Assembly: GCA_024763275.1 (NCBI GenBank)
Contig: JANTFT010000003.1
Span: 43,669 to 107,668 of the forward strand
Length of the DNA: 64,000 nt
DNA from: Anaerolineales bacterium
GTDB taxonomy: Bacteria > Chloroflexota > Anaerolineae > Anaerolineales > UBA11858
Reading direction: 5' to 3'
This document shows positions 7,806-18,496 of this stretch, in pieces (the first letter of the stretch is position 1; every line of letters starts with the position of its first letter). The position numbers and the translations under genes were made by a program. The notes below the pieces were generated by a model, which had not been told where the DNA came from, made no database searches, and saw only the letters and a list, made by a program, of their open reading frames with translations.

Positions 7806-10445
7806 TTATTGTTTGGGGCAGATACAGTAGGGGCCTGCGGTTGCTGAACCTTCATGCCATTCTCCTCCTGCCAGAAGGCACTCTTCCTCCTTCAGGGTCG
7901 AGCTGCAGGTAAGAGGACGCGGTGTGGGGGTCGGTGTGAGAGTTGGCGTTGGGGGAGCGATCCGGGTGGGGATCAGCTCCGGGTCCGCGTCGAAGTCTGC
8001 CAGGGAGGCGGAGATCCAGCAGCGCATCTTGAGGATCAGATCCTCGATATACAGCCACAGCGGGAGATGGCGTTCGGAGCGGGCCAGGATCTCGAATTCG
8101 GTGCCGGATTCGAAAGCTGTGGCCGTGTCATAGACTGTTCCCGGTCCCAACCGGCAGAAGGCATTCTTGTTGAGTTTCCCCTTGCTGTTTTCTGGTTCAG
8201 GGGTTGGCTCAGGCAGGAACTGGTAGTCCCACCCGAAATTGATGTCAGCGGCATCCTCAGCGCTTCCCAGAACGAGTTCGAACTCCGCCGGATCCGCATC
8301 CCGTACCGGATAGGTCCAATTGCCAGGGATGAGGATAGTGTCATTGGGGGCGGCCAGAGCGTCGACCGTCAGGCACCAGGTGCCAGCATTAAGCCCGGGC
8401 AGGGTGTACTCCCCATTGGCGTCGGTCAGGACGATGCCGGAGACAGCCGGGGGAGAAGCCGGACAACTGCCGTAGTAAAGTTTCACCTGCACCCCGGCAA
8501 TGCCTGGCTCGCCAGGATCATAGATCCCATCCGCTCCCAGACCTCCTCCCGGTAGATTGATGCAACCTGGAGGTGGAGATGAGGGGGGTGAACTGGGCAC
8601 CGCGCAGAGATCATGCCAGACCAGGCCGCTGATCGAGGAGTCGCCCAGCGGGGAGAGCAGGTAGCGGAAATTGACGTCCTCCTGGGTTTCTCCCGCTGCG
8701 AGATTGACCTCAATATCGTCCGGGTAGAGAGTTTGCTGGAGGGGGGATGTTTCCAGACAGTAGTCGTCTGCAGGCAGATCAAGGATCTCGTAATAACCGC
8801 TGCCGTCCGATTCCGCCGTTTCCAGGATAGGCCCGGCAGGCGGGCAGCTGCCTTCATGGATATCCACCATAACCCCGGTCATGAAGCCGTCCTCGAGGTC
8901 GCGGATGTCATTACGGTTAGCGTCTATATAGGTCCAGCCGCTGATCGACCCACTGGAAGGGGTATTCTCAAAAGCCCCCCGGTCGCATCCCAGGCCCTGG
9001 GGTCGGGAGGTGTAGTTCTGGTCGTTAGCGGTGCACAGGTCAGGCACGCCGCTGTCAATCGCCGGACTGCCGGTTCCCAGAGGGTAGCTGGGCGCCAGGC
9101 TGCCGTAAAATCCCAGCGGTTCCAGCAGGGGGTCAGTGGCGGAAAGATCATGGGGTCCGGACAGACCGCAGCTACCGTCGCTGGACAGGTTGTAATCCAG
9201 GGAATCTGGGGGGAGGCCGCCGCAGTTGCCACCTGGATTGTTCGCCAGGATCGAACTGCGGATTTTGATTTCAGTTCCGGCGTCGACCCGCAGTCCTTCA
9301 GGGTTGTTGCCGGCGATAGTGATGAAGCGTAGATCAAAGTTGCCGGTATTATAGATCCCGGCTCCGCCTACCCCACCCTGGGCAGTGTTGCCGCTGATGG
9401 TCACATTCTTGAGCAGCAGGCCGCCGGTAGGTACCGGGCCGTTGTTGTAGATTCCTCCGCCAACGGGACCGGTGGCAGTGTTGTCGGTGATCCCGCTTTC
9501 GTAAAAATGTACCAGGCCGTTGTTGTTGAACATACCACCACCTGACGCGGCAGTGTTCTGTGACAGCCAGCTGTTGGTGAACTGGGTATAGGAATCCGTC
9601 CAGCTGTAGACAGCGCCCCCTCTATCGGTTGCCTGGTTGTTCTCAAAGACCAGGCCTTCCCCGATTAGATCTCCGTGGTTCCAGGCTGCGCCGCCGTCCA
9701 GCCCTGCCTGATTCATCTCAAAAGTGCTGTTGGTGATGGTCATCTCTGCGTCCACCCCATTCCAGAGCGCTCCCCCGGAGGATGTGGCCTCATTTCCGGT
9801 GAAAGAACTGTCCTCGATGATGGCGGTGGCGTTATCGAGATTGTAGATCGCTCCTCCATACCCGGCTGTGTTGGCCAGAAAGTGACCTCCTTGCAGGTTG
9901 AGGTTGCTGGTGTTGAAAATGCACCCACCCCGGGCATCCCCCATCCCTCCCGGGGGAATTGAAACGCTGTTGTAGTTGCATGTGAAAGAGATCAGAGTCA
10001 GGTCCCCCTCGTTGAGCAGGCCTCCTCCGATGATGGCATCGCCGTCAGCCAGCCAGATGCCCTCAAACTGGACATTGGCGCCGGAGTGGATGTGGAAAGC
10101 GCGCTCAATCCCGCCGTCAATCGAGGGTGCTCCGGTGCCGATGATCACCAGATCCTCAGTGATATCAAGATCCCCGGTCTCGCCCAGGTCTTCATTGTCC
10201 CCGTCAATTGTCAGAGTATATCCCCCGGCTGGCAGGTTGATGGTCTGAGCTCCGGGACAGGCGTTAGCGTTGAGGACCGCTTCTCGCAATGAGCAGTCCC
10301 CTGCACTGCAAACCATGTCATTGGTATCATCCGTCTTGGTAACCGTGTAGGTTGGGGAGCAGTTGGGGGTAGGGGTGCAGGATGTGATCAGCACCGCCAG
10401 ACCGATGAAGACCAGCAGAGAGATCCACTTGGTGTGAGGTTTCAT
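7806..10445 (-). CDS. Surface lipoprotein with CSLREA domain, beta-helix (GGAI) repeats, choice-of-anchor Q-like region, two SdrD-B-like domains and a C-terminal SH3-like region
   Basis: Lipobox ITSC; CSLREAV; GGAIYN/GGALWN repeats; SPAIDSG...CDRGAFE; SISGWTYID and SISGLVWHD modules; GGAGG RBS before 10445. Confidence 0.85.
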   Translation of the reverse strand: MKPHTKWISLLVFIGLAVLITSCTPTPNCSPTYTVTKTDDTNDMVCSAGDCSLREAVLNANACPGAQTINLPAGGYTLTIDGDNEDLGETGDLDITEDLVIIGTGAPSIDGGIERAFHIHSGANVQFEGIWLADGDAIIGGGLLNEGDLTLISFTCNYNSVSIPPGGMGDARGGCIFNTSNLNLQGGHFLANTAGYGGAIYNLDNATAIIEDSSFTGNEATSSGGALWNGVDAEMTITNSTFEMNQAGLDGGAAWNHGDLIGEGLVFENNQATDRGGAVYSWTDSYTQFTNSWLSQNTAASGGGMFNNNGLVHFYESGITDNTATGPVGGGIYNNGPVPTGGLLLKNVTISGNTAQGGVGGAGIYNTGNFDLRFITIAGNNPEGLRVDAGTEIKIRSSILANNPGGNCGGLPPDSLDYNLSSDGSCGLSGPHDLSATDPLLEPLGFYGSLAPSYPLGTGSPAIDSGVPDLCTANDQNYTSRPQGLGCDRGAFENTPSSGSISGWTYIDANRNDIRDLEDGFMTGVMVDIHEGSCPPAGPILETAESDGSGYYEILDLPADDYCLETSPLQQTLYPDDIEVNLAAGETQEDVNFRYLLSPLGDSSISGLVWHDLCAVPSSPPSSPPPGCINLPGGGLGADGIYDPGEPGIAGVQVKLYYGSCPASPPAVSGIVLTDANGEYTLPGLNAGTWCLTVDALAAPNDTILIPGNWTYPVRDADPAEFELVLGSAEDAADINFGWDYQFLPEPTPEPENSKGKLNKNAFCRLGPGTVYDTATAFESGTEFEILARSERHLPLWLYIEDLILKMRCWISASLADFDADPELIPTRIAPPTPTLTPTPTPRPLTCSSTLKEEECLLAGGEWHEGSATAGPYCICPKQ

Positions 10446-10515
10446 CTTGGAGCCTCCTTTTTCGAGCACGATGCGCTAGAGAATACATCGATCCAGAGAA
10501 ACTTTATTAATTTAT

Positions 10516-10543
10516 AAACGTATAGATAATGGGAATTGTTACA
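10516..10543 (-). promoter_or_regulatory. Candidate ECF-sigma promoter for the CSLREA gene
   Basis: Minus strand reads TGTAAC-N17-CGTTT, matching the generic ECF -35 AAC / -10 CGT pattern. Confidence 0.4.
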
Positions 10544-10706
10544 CTGAGTTTATTCTACCAAAGTAAAGAGGTGATTGCCGGGATAAAACGGATGGTCTCA
10601 GGGAATTAGCGGATTTGGTTCCCTGAGGTGTTTTAGAGTTTGGAAACTCATGTTAGGATTAACTTGATAATCGCAGTTATCAGGGCATATTCAGAGGAGA
10701 ACAGTC

Positions 10707-11213
10707 ATGGACAAAAGAAAGCGTACATCGATCGCCGGCGGAGTGATTCTGATCCTGATCGGTGTCGTATTGTTTATCGCCCAGATCAGGCCGGATCTGC
10801 TGCCTGATTTCTGGCGGGAATTTTCCTGGCCCTGGGTCGTTGTTGGGGTAGGAATCTTCCTGTTTGCTCTGGGAGCTATCCTGGGAGAGCCGGGTTTAGC
10901 GGTCCCGGCGACTATCGTGGGCGGAATCGGCGGTATTCTGGCCTACCAGTATTACTATAATGATTTTCAGAGCTGGGCCTATCTGTGGACTCTGATCCCG
11001 GGATTTGTGGGAATGGGGATCATTCTCATGAAATTGCTCGGAGGAGAGGGTTCCTTGAAGGAGGGCGCCAATCTGCTGCTGATCAGCTTCACAATGCTGG
11101 CTGTCTTTGGCTCGTTCTTTGGAGCCCTGGGGTTAGCGGGAAAGTACTGGCCGGTGCTGCTGATCCTGCTGGGCGTGACCCTGTTGATCCGTACTTTTAT
11201 CAAGAAGCGTTGA
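10707..11213 (+). CDS. LiaF/DUF5668-like membrane protein
   Basis: GVILILIG, WPW and YWPVLLILLG repeats; multi-TM. Confidence 0.75.
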   Translation: MDKRKRTSIAGGVILILIGVVLFIAQIRPDLLPDFWREFSWPWVVVGVGIFLFALGAILGEPGLAVPATIVGGIGGILAYQYYYNDFQSWAYLWTLIPGFVGMGIILMKLLGGEGSLKEGANLLLISFTMLAVFGSFFGALGLAGKYWPVLLILLGVTLLIRTFIKKR

Positions 11214-11247
11214 TAGCTGGACGAAAAGTCCGACGGGAGAGTGGCTG

Positions 11248-12054
11248 ATGCGTTCTGGTCGATTGTTCTGGGCTGTGATATTGATCGGGTTGGGGTTTCT
11301 GTTCCTGGCCAATAACCTGGGTTTTATCACTGTCAATGTCTGGGGGCTGTTCTGGCCGGTTTTCCTGGTCCTGCTGGGAATCTGGTTTCTGCTGGGCTCG
11401 ACCGCCAAAACTGCGGTGCCTCCCCTGGAGGAAGATTCGGTTGAATTGGGTGAGGCGGAAAGCGCTTCGATCACCGTAAAGTATGGTGGGGGAAGATTGA
11501 CTCTTAATGGCAGCGCCCAGCTGGGCCAACTGGTCTCAGGAAGATTCGCCAATGGTCTGGATGCCCATCTGGAGCGCGAGGGCAATCACCTGAAGGCCGT
11601 CCTGCAGCCCCGGCACAGGTCCTTTGGGGACGTCATTTTCCCGGGCAGCTGGATTTCCGGCAGGGGTCTGGTCTGGGACTTTGGTCTGTCAAAGGAAATA
11701 CCCCTGGCTCTGGTATTTGAGATTGGTGCTGCGGAAGTCGATCTGGATCTGAGTGAGCTGCAGGTCAGAGACCTGGTGATAAAAACCGGAGCCAGCTCCA
11801 CCGCGATAAAGCTTCCGGATGGGGCAGGTGCGACCAGTGTTACGGTCGAAGCCGGAGCAGCTTCCCTGGACATCACCGTCCCGGAAGGCGTGGCAGCCCG
11901 GATTTCAGCGGATTCCGGCCTTTCCTCTGTGATTGTGGACCAGAACAGATTCCCAAAACAGGCCGGGGTCTACCAGTCTCCGGGTTATGACAGCGCTGGG
12001 AATAAGGCCGATATCCGGATCGAGTCTGGAGTGGCAAAAGTCGAGATTCACTAG
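11248..12054 (+). CDS. DUF5668 membrane anchor plus toast-rack (LiaF/LiaG-like) beta-solenoid protein
   Basis: N-terminal LFWAVILIGLG...FWPVFLVLLG; C-terminal GAAEVDLDLS / GASSTAIKLP / GAASLDITVP repeats. Confidence 0.75.
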   Translation: MRSGRLFWAVILIGLGFLFLANNLGFITVNVWGLFWPVFLVLLGIWFLLGSTAKTAVPPLEEDSVELGEAESASITVKYGGGRLTLNGSAQLGQLVSGRFANGLDAHLEREGNHLKAVLQPRHRSFGDVIFPGSWISGRGLVWDFGLSKEIPLALVFEIGAAEVDLDLSELQVRDLVIKTGASSTAIKLPDGAGATSVTVEAGAASLDITVPEGVAARISADSGLSSVIVDQNRFPKQAGVYQSPGYDSAGNKADIRIESGVAKVEIH

Positions 12055-12100
12055 GAGGTATTATGAGGGGGAATTGACCCAGCGCATAGGGAGGAAAATT

Positions 12101-12412
12101 ATGTTCACCAAAGGTCGTTATATCAATCTGACAGAGGGACCAGGGCCAGAAGCTGACGGCTCTGAAGTGAAGTTCAGCCTGGACTCTCAAGACGTGCAGC
12201 TTTCCCGAAAACCCATGGGCTGGATCTGGCCCCGTAAGGTGGTATTTCGCAGAGAAGGGGAAGAGTGTAGGAAGCACCTGATCGATTTCGGTCCCCTGCT
12301 GCAGGTCTTCCTTTCCGGGGTGAGCCTGCTGCTGGCAGCCCTGGAAGTGCTCAAGCGCTATCTCAGCCGGAGAGAGGATCTGAACGGAGGACAGTTTCAG
12401 GGATCCGTCTGA
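12101..12412 (+). CDS. Hypothetical protein
   Basis: GGAGG RBS before the ATG at 12101; one hydrophobic C-terminal helix; followed by a terminator. Confidence 0.5.
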   Translation: MFTKGRYINLTEGPGPEADGSEVKFSLDSQDVQLSRKPMGWIWPRKVVFRREGEECRKHLIDFGPLLQVFLSGVSLLLAALEVLKRYLSRREDLNGGQFQGSV

Positions 12413-12458
12413 GATGGGAGGTCCAGCATCCTGGTTTGCAAAATGGGGAGAGCTGTTG

Positions 12459-12486
12459 AGAAGGGCCAGAAGGCCCTTCTTTATTT
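12459..12486 (+). terminator. Intrinsic terminator
   Basis: AGAAGGGCC-agaa-GGCCCTTCT followed by TTATTT. Confidence 0.7.
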
Positions 12487-12657
12487 AGCTGGGCTGGAAT
12501 GATAATTGCACTTAACAGGCAGAAGGGTGGACCCTCTCGTGAGGGGACGAAATTTCATACACTTAGTTAACGCCAGCTTGTTATAATAATGCCATGATTT
12601 TTAACGATAATTCTCAATATTATCGTCTGATTTCCAGGGATGAAGGATGGTGGATCC

Positions 12658-15099
12658 ATGATGCGATTTGACCGTTTCACAGAACGGGCCCAGGAAGCTG
12701 CCCAGCGCGCGGCAGAGATCATCCAGCGCTACGGGCACAACCAGATAGATACGGAACACATCCTGCTGGCGCTGATCGAGCAGCCGGAAGGCGCCATCTC
12801 GCAGATCCTGGAATCCCTCAACATTCAGGGAATTGAACTCAGCGACCGGCTGGATTACATTCTGAAAAACACCCAGAAAGCCAGCATCTTCGGCAGCCGG
12901 GGTGCCGGACAGGTCTTTATCACCCCGCGGGTGAAGCGTATTGTCGATGTTGCCAACCAGGAAGCCAATCGGCTCAAGGACGAGTTCATCTCTACCGAGC
13001 ACCTTTTCCTGGCTATCCTGGATGAGAAGAATACCCCGGCAGCCAGGCTGCTGGAAAACCAGGGTCTAACCAAGGACCGGGTTTACCGGGCCATCGATCA
13101 GCTCCGGGGAGGTCAGCGGGTGACCGACCCCCAGGCAGAAAGCCGCTATAAAGCCCTGGAAAAGTTCTCCCGGGATATGACCAAACTGGCCCGTGAGGGC
13201 AAGCTGGACCCGGTGATCGGCCGGGACGCAGAGATCCTGCGTGTGATCCAGATCCTATCCCGGCGCACCAAGAACAACCCGGTGATGATCGGCGAGGCCG
13301 GAGTCGGCAAGACGGCCATAGTGGAAGGCCTGGCCCAGAAGATTGCCACAAACGATGTCCCGGAGATCCTTTCCGGGAAACGGGTGGTAGCGCTGGACAT
13401 GGGCGCCATGATCGCTGGCTCCCGCTTCCGGGGTGAGTTCGAGGAGCGCCTGAAAGCTGCTATTGATGACGTCAAGCAGGCGGAGGGGGAAGTGATCCTG
13501 TTCATTGACGAGCTGCACACCGTGGTGGGCGCTGGAGCCGCTCAGGGAGCGATGGACGCCTCCAATATGCTCAAGCCGGCTCTGGCACGTGGTGAGCTGC
13601 AGTGCGTCGGGGCTACTACCCTGGACGAGTATCATAAATATATCGAGAAGGACAGCGCCCTGGAGCGCAGATTTGCCCCGGTCTATATCGAAGAACCCTC
13701 TGTGGAAGAGACCATCCAGATGCTGGAAGGTCTGCGGGATCGCTACGAAGCCCACCACAAGGTGCGCTTTTCCGATGAAGCCCTGCGTACGGCAGCCATG
13801 CTGGCCGACCGTTATGTGACTGACCGCCACCTGCCTGACAAAGCCATCGACCTGATGGATGAGGCGGCAGCCAAGCTGCGGGTTGCCCTCTATTCCCTGC
13901 CCCCGGAGCTGAAAGAAAAACAAGCTGAAATCGAGCATCTTAAGAACGAGGAAGAGGTTGCCGGGCAGGAGCGCGATTATGAGCGGGCTGCCCTGATGCA
14001 GACCCAGCGCCTCCGCCTGGAAGAGGAGTTCTTCAAGGCACGAGAAGAATGGGAATCGGAACATGAGCTGGACGAGGTGGTGGACGAGAACGATGTCGCT
14101 GAGGTGGTTTCCCAGTGGACTGGCATTCCCATGACCCAGATGCTGGAAGCTGAAGCTGAGAAATTGCTAAAGATGGAAGAGCGCCTGCACGAACGTATCA
14201 TCGGTCAGGATGCAGCCATCGAGGTCATCTCGGATGCCATCCGCCGGGCCAGGTCGGGACTCAAGGATCCCAAGCGGCCAATCGGCTCTTTTATCTTCAT
14301 CGGCCCCTCCGGGGTTGGCAAGACCGAGCTGGCCAAGGCTCTGGCTGAGTTCCTGTTCGATGATGAGGATGCCCTCTTGCGATTGGATATGAGCGAATAC
14401 CGGGAACAGCACACTGCATCGCGGCTTTTCGGGGCGCCTCCTGGATATGTTGGCTACGAGGAAGGGGGCCAGCTGACCGAGGCAGTCCGCCGCCGGCCTT
14501 ACCGGGTGATCCTCTTTGATGAGATCGAAAAGGCACATCCCGAGGTCTGGAACACCCTGCTGCAGATTCTGGACAACGGCCGGCTGACCGATGGGCAGGG
14601 GCGCCAGGTGGATTTCCGCAACACGGTGTTGATCATGACCAGCAACCTGGGGACAGAGTATGTCAGCCGCTCTGGCAGCCTGGGGTTCCTGGACAGCGCT
14701 GCCAGCTCCAAAGACAAGGAAGCCCGTGAGAAGATCGACAAGGCCCTTAAGGATGCCTTCCGGCCCGAGTTCCTCAACCGCATCGACGAGATCATCACCT
14801 TCTCGCCGCTGACCGAAAAGGATATGATCAAGATCGTCGATCTGCAGCTCGAGGATGTCGAGGCCCGCCTGGAGGAGAACGGGCTCAAGGTTGAGCTCAG
14901 CAAGGGCGCTCGCAAATGGCTGGCCCAGAACGGCTACTCGGCTGATTTTGGGGCCCGTCCCTTAACCCGGGCCCTGCAGAAATATATTGAGAGCCCGCTT
15001 TCCAAGAAGCTGCTGGAGGGAGAATACAAACCCGGCGATGTGGTTCTGGTGGACCTGGACCCCGAGAACGGGGAGGAGCTGATCTTCAAGAAGAAGTGA
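12658..15099 (+). CDS. clpC: Clp protease ATP-binding subunit (ClpC-like)
   Basis: Clp N repeats; two AAA+ modules ([16 protein letters not shown]); short coiled-coil middle domain; GSLGF loop resembling the ClpP-binding motif. Confidence 0.88.
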   Translation: MMRFDRFTERAQEAAQRAAEIIQRYGHNQIDTEHILLALIEQPEGAISQILESLNIQGIELSDRLDYILKNTQKASIFGSRGAGQVFITPRVKRIVDVANQEANRLKDEFISTEHLFLAILDEKNTPAARLLENQGLTKDRVYRAIDQLRGGQRVTDPQAESRYKALEKFSRDMTKLAREGKLDPVIGRDAEILRVIQILSRRTKNNPVMIGEAGVGKTAIVEGLAQKIATNDVPEILSGKRVVALDMGAMIAGSRFRGEFEERLKAAIDDVKQAEGEVILFIDELHTVVGAGAAQGAMDASNMLKPALARGELQCVGATTLDEYHKYIEKDSALERRFAPVYIEEPSVEETIQMLEGLRDRYEAHHKVRFSDEALRTAAMLADRYVTDRHLPDKAIDLMDEAAAKLRVALYSLPPELKEKQAEIEHLKNEEEVAGQERDYERAALMQTQRLRLEEEFFKAREEWESEHELDEVVDENDVAEVVSQWTGIPMTQMLEAEAEKLLKMEERLHERIIGQDAAIEVISDAIRRARSGLKDPKRPIGSFIFIGPSGVGKTELAKALAEFLFDDEDALLRLDMSEYREQHTASRLFGAPPGYVGYEEGGQLTEAVRRRPYRVILFDEIEKAHPEVWNTLLQILDNGRLTDGQGRQVDFRNTVLIMTSNLGTEYVSRSGSLGFLDSAASSKDKEAREKIDKALKDAFRPEFLNRIDEIITFSPLTEKDMIKIVDLQLEDVEARLEENGLKVELSKGARKWLAQNGYSADFGARPLTRALQKYIESPLSKKLLEGEYKPGDVVLVDLDPENGEELIFKKK

Positions 15100-15126
15100 A
15101 ATCCTGAGATCTGAGAATACGAGATT

Positions 15127-15163
15127 CAAAGACCCGGCTCTGGGAAGGGCCGGGTCTTTGTTT
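15127..15163. terminator. Intrinsic terminator
   Basis: CAAAGACCCGGC...GCCGGGTCTTTG stem after clpC. Confidence 0.85.
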
Positions 15164-15235
15164 GCCTTGAATGAGGCTGGCTGATTAGAAATCAGGGTGG
15201 TGGGGTTTTCTCGAGGATGCTGGGGACCTATGCCT

Positions 15236-15964
15236 TTATGGCTGCATGACCACAAGATTATCGAAGTGGATCTCTGCCATCGGAATGTCGAATGTGCCCG
15301 CTATCAAGCCCACATCACCTCCAGTGAAAGAGGTATCCCCCGCAGTAGCTATCTTCTGGCCATTAACGTATAAGGTCAGTTCGCTTCCAACGCAATCAAA
15401 GCGCAAATGGTTGGTCTCAAAGAAGCCATTGATTCCATTTACCTTTTCCATTTGTTCACTGGAAAGGTAGGTTGTAGACTCAGCGTCGGTTTTGCCAATT
15501 ACAGCATACCCATCGCTGCTGATGATCCCAAAATAAAAATTCGGGGTTTCGGGTGTCCCGGAATAACGGCAGATCAAACCATAATCATTGTCGTCTTCCC
15601 CACGAAAGCGATATGCGTCGGCTTCTATCCTGACATCCCCCTCGAAATACTGTCCCGGGTTAGCCCAAATGTCATATTGAGACTCATTGATAAAAACACT
15701 GTAAACACCATCAGAATAATCTGTCGATCCCTCCTCCCATGAATTACGATCCCATCCGGTGTCGGGGGAAGAAAAATCGTCAGAAAAGAGAACCTCTCCA
15801 TTTGGGTTTGAAGAAGATTCGGGGGCGTCGGCTGGATAGGGCGTGCTGGTTGGTAGAGGGGCATTAGTGGGAACATCAACGACAGGTGAAGTCAACCGGC
15901 AGGACAACAATAATAATGCTGCTAACATCAGGGCAAGAAATGTTTTAATTGTTTTTCTCTTCAT
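15236..15964 (-). CDS. Lipoprotein with a concanavalin-like (DUF1080-type) beta-sandwich domain
   Basis: Lipobox LLSC; Pro/Thr linker; LFSDDFS...GW, YGLICR, LTLYVNG, FDNLVV. Confidence 0.75.
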   Translation of the reverse strand: MKRKTIKTFLALMLAALLLLSCRLTSPVVDVPTNAPLPTSTPYPADAPESSSNPNGEVLFSDDFSSPDTGWDRNSWEEGSTDYSDGVYSVFINESQYDIWANPGQYFEGDVRIEADAYRFRGEDDNDYGLICRYSGTPETPNFYFGIISSDGYAVIGKTDAESTTYLSSEQMEKVNGINGFFETNHLRFDCVGSELTLYVNGQKIATAGDTSFTGGDVGLIAGTFDIPMAEIHFDNLVVMQP

Positions 15965-16054
15965 GATCTCTCCAAAATTATCTCAAACAAAATCTGTGAA
16001 TTTATTATGAACGATTAATCGGCAAGTGACCTGACTCGTTGTTTGGAATCCTCT

Positions 16055-16564
16055 CTATATTAATGCAAGTTGACAGAATTTGGTAGAGGGAACCAGTTCC
16101 TGAATGCTGGTCAGGCTGAGCGGTGTCATGGCGCGGGTCATACCCTGCTGGTGGTCCAGGCCGAGAAAGACATGCAGGCTGCCGTCCGGGGTGTCCGGAT
16201 CGTCTATTGGATAGAGTGATTTGATCGGGCGGGTTTGCAGCTGGTAGGTCTGCCCCCCAGCCCTGGCCCATTCGATATCCTGAGGGGACCTGAAATGATC
16301 CTCGACCCGGGAACCCAGTGCGGCCAAAGCCAGGATCTGCTGGTCCATCAGTGTCTGTTTATGACTGAGGTCAACAGGGAGAGATTCCTGTTTTGTGCCT
16401 CCATTTCGGTCCGGGTAGCTGGTGGTGTCTTGATCAGTGAACTGGCGGTTGATGATCGGGTGGGTACGTTTATCGACCAGATTGACCCCCTTTCCGCCTA
16501 CCAGCGGGAAATCGCTGGGACGGATCTCGGGAAAGGTGAGGGTCAATGGCTGGCTGTCGGTCAT
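16055..16564 (-). pseudogene. Internally deleted, truncated PEP-utilising phosphotransferase (rifamycin phosphotransferase / PEP synthase-like)
   Basis: VGGKGVNL is joined almost directly to the end of the ATP-grasp domain (PQDIEWA...LQTRPIKSLYP); the ORF ends shortly after HQQGMTRAMTPL. Confidence 0.75.
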
Positions 16565-16727
16565 GAAAACCCCCGTCTGGTTGCTCCAGATAAGTTTTTC
16601 CTAATACAATCCTGTATTGGAAAACAGTTTTGCCATCGGGATTTCTACGTCTCCGCTCCTCACATTGCGAATCCGGCCTTTTTGCGCTACACTCATAATA
16701 TCCTTCTAGCTCACCCCGGGGATACCT

Positions 16728-17498
16728 ATGTTATTCAAAGATACCGTCTTTATCGGCATTGACCCCTCCTCTGACGAGGGAGCCCTGACCTATGCGGTCC
16801 TGGACCAGGAATTGAACCTGCTGGCCATGTCCCAGCAGGAGCTCACTACGGTTTCCGCCTTCGTTGGCGGGCAGAAATCAGCCGTTGTGGGTGTGAACGC
16901 TCCCCGCCGCCTCAATCAGGGCTTGATGGAGGAAGACAGGGTGCGGGATAGCCTCAGGCCTCAGCCCAATCCCGGGCGCTGGACCAAGTTCCGGGTGGCT
17001 GAGTACCTGCTCTTCCAGCGCAATATCCGGATTCCTAAAACCCCCGGGGATCTCTCGGATTGTCCCGGATGGATGCGGGTCGGATTCAAGCTCTTCCGGC
17101 GCCTGGAGGATATCGGTTTTGCGGATTACCCCGCAGATGACCGGCGCCAGCTCATGCTGGAAGTTTATCCCCACGCGGCCTACACTGTCCTGCTTGATAG
17201 AATCCCTTACCTGAAAAAGACCCTGGAAGGCAGACTGCAGCGCCAGCTGCTGCTGCATTCCCTGGAAGTGGATGTGCCCGATCCCATGCAGATTTTCGAG
17301 GAAATCACCCGCTACAAGATCCTCCACGGACAGCTGCCCCTGGATGGTTTATATTCGGTGGAGGAGCTGGACGCGCTGATGGCCGCTTATATAGCCTGGA
17401 AGGCGGCTCTGAGACAAAAAGAGATCACCCTGGTGGGGGATTCGCGAGAGGGTGAGGTCGTCCTGCCAGTCAAAGAGCTGAAACCAAAATATCATTGA
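16728..17498 (+). CDS. DUF429 family protein (predicted RNase H-fold nuclease)
   Basis: FIGID, VGVNAP, LEVYPHA, ELDALMAA motifs. Confidence 0.75.
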   Translation: MLFKDTVFIGIDPSSDEGALTYAVLDQELNLLAMSQQELTTVSAFVGGQKSAVVGVNAPRRLNQGLMEEDRVRDSLRPQPNPGRWTKFRVAEYLLFQRNIRIPKTPGDLSDCPGWMRVGFKLFRRLEDIGFADYPADDRRQLMLEVYPHAAYTVLLDRIPYLKKTLEGRLQRQLLLHSLEVDVPDPMQIFEEITRYKILHGQLPLDGLYSVEELDALMAAYIAWKAALRQKEITLVGDSREGEVVLPVKELKPKYH

Positions 17499-17561
17499 TT
17501 CCCAGCAGTGGTGGATATCCGTCAGTTCAATTTGCCAGGAGACAATTGAGAGAGTACCCCT

Positions 17562-18485
17562 ATGGAAAATAAAAAGACCCTTTTCATCATCAACCCTAAC
17601 GCTAATCTCGGCCAGGCCTGGAGGCAGGCTGCTGATCTCAAACCCATCATGGAAGAGTTTGGAGGGGCGGATTGGGCCGGTTCTGTGTACCCGACCCACG
17701 CTATCGAGCTTGCTAAAAAGGGTGTCGAGGACAGCTACGATCTGATCATCGCTGGTGGGGGCGATGGCACCGTCCATGAAGTGGTCAACGCCATCATGTC
17801 TTTCCCGAAGGAGCGCCGACCCGCTCTGGGTGTGGTGCCGCTGGGTTCTGGAAATGATTTTGCCCATGCAGTTGGCATGGACACCGCTCCGTGGAAAGCC
17901 CTGCGGCAGATCTTCACCGGCCAGGAAAACTGGATCGATATCGGCGAGGTGAACGATGAATGGGGTCGGACTGCTTACATCGACAACACCCTCGGGGTGG
18001 GATTTGACGCTATCGTCACTATCTATTCCCATGAGCTGCCTATCGTGCGGGGTTTCGCGATGTACCTGGCGGCAGTGCTGAAAACCATCTTTGTCAATCA
18101 CCAACCGATCGGTATGAAGATCACCCTTGATGGCCAGCCGGTCCGGGAGGAGCATTTGCTGATGCTTACCCTTTGCAACGGTAGCCGGGAGGGCGGTGGG
18201 TTTCTGCTTTACCCCGATGCGTCTCAAAGGGACGGGATCCTTAATTATGTGACCGTTGAAGAGGTCAGCCGCTTGACCATGCTTTTCACAATGCTGCCTG
18301 CCTTTATGAAAGGCACCCATCTGCCACACCCCAAGGTAGGTTCTGGCTCGTTTAAAAGCTTGGTAGTGGAAGCCGATAGTCCGCTCTACATCCACATTGA
18401 CGGCGAGGTCTTTTCCGGTTTCACCAATGATCTGCGCAGGATCGAGGTGAAAGTGCACCCCCAGGCCCTGCGGGTCCTTTCCTGA
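17562..18485 (+). CDS. Diacylglycerol kinase / YegS family lipid kinase
   Basis: IINPNA, GGDGTVHEVVN, PLGSGNDFA, GVGFDA, IDGE. Confidence 0.92.
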   Translation: MENKKTLFIINPNANLGQAWRQAADLKPIMEEFGGADWAGSVYPTHAIELAKKGVEDSYDLIIAGGGDGTVHEVVNAIMSFPKERRPALGVVPLGSGNDFAHAVGMDTAPWKALRQIFTGQENWIDIGEVNDEWGRTAYIDNTLGVGFDAIVTIYSHELPIVRGFAMYLAAVLKTIFVNHQPIGMKITLDGQPVREEHLLMLTLCNGSREGGGFLLYPDASQRDGILNYVTVEEVSRLTMLFTMLPAFMKGTHLPHPKVGSGSFKSLVVEADSPLYIHIDGEVFSGFTNDLRRIEVKVHPQALRVLS

Positions 18486-18496
18486 GAGCACCACCG

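Noticed and set aside
12481-12657. CIRCE or CtsR operator upstream of clpC
   Set aside because: No TTAGCACTC-N9-GAGTGCTAA or GTCAAA direct repeats seen.
17349-18494. Long antisense ORFs (also 5742-6575, 13255-14064, 53008-53790 and similar)
   Set aside because: Shadow frames of well-supported genes in GC-rich DNA, with no recognisable motifs.
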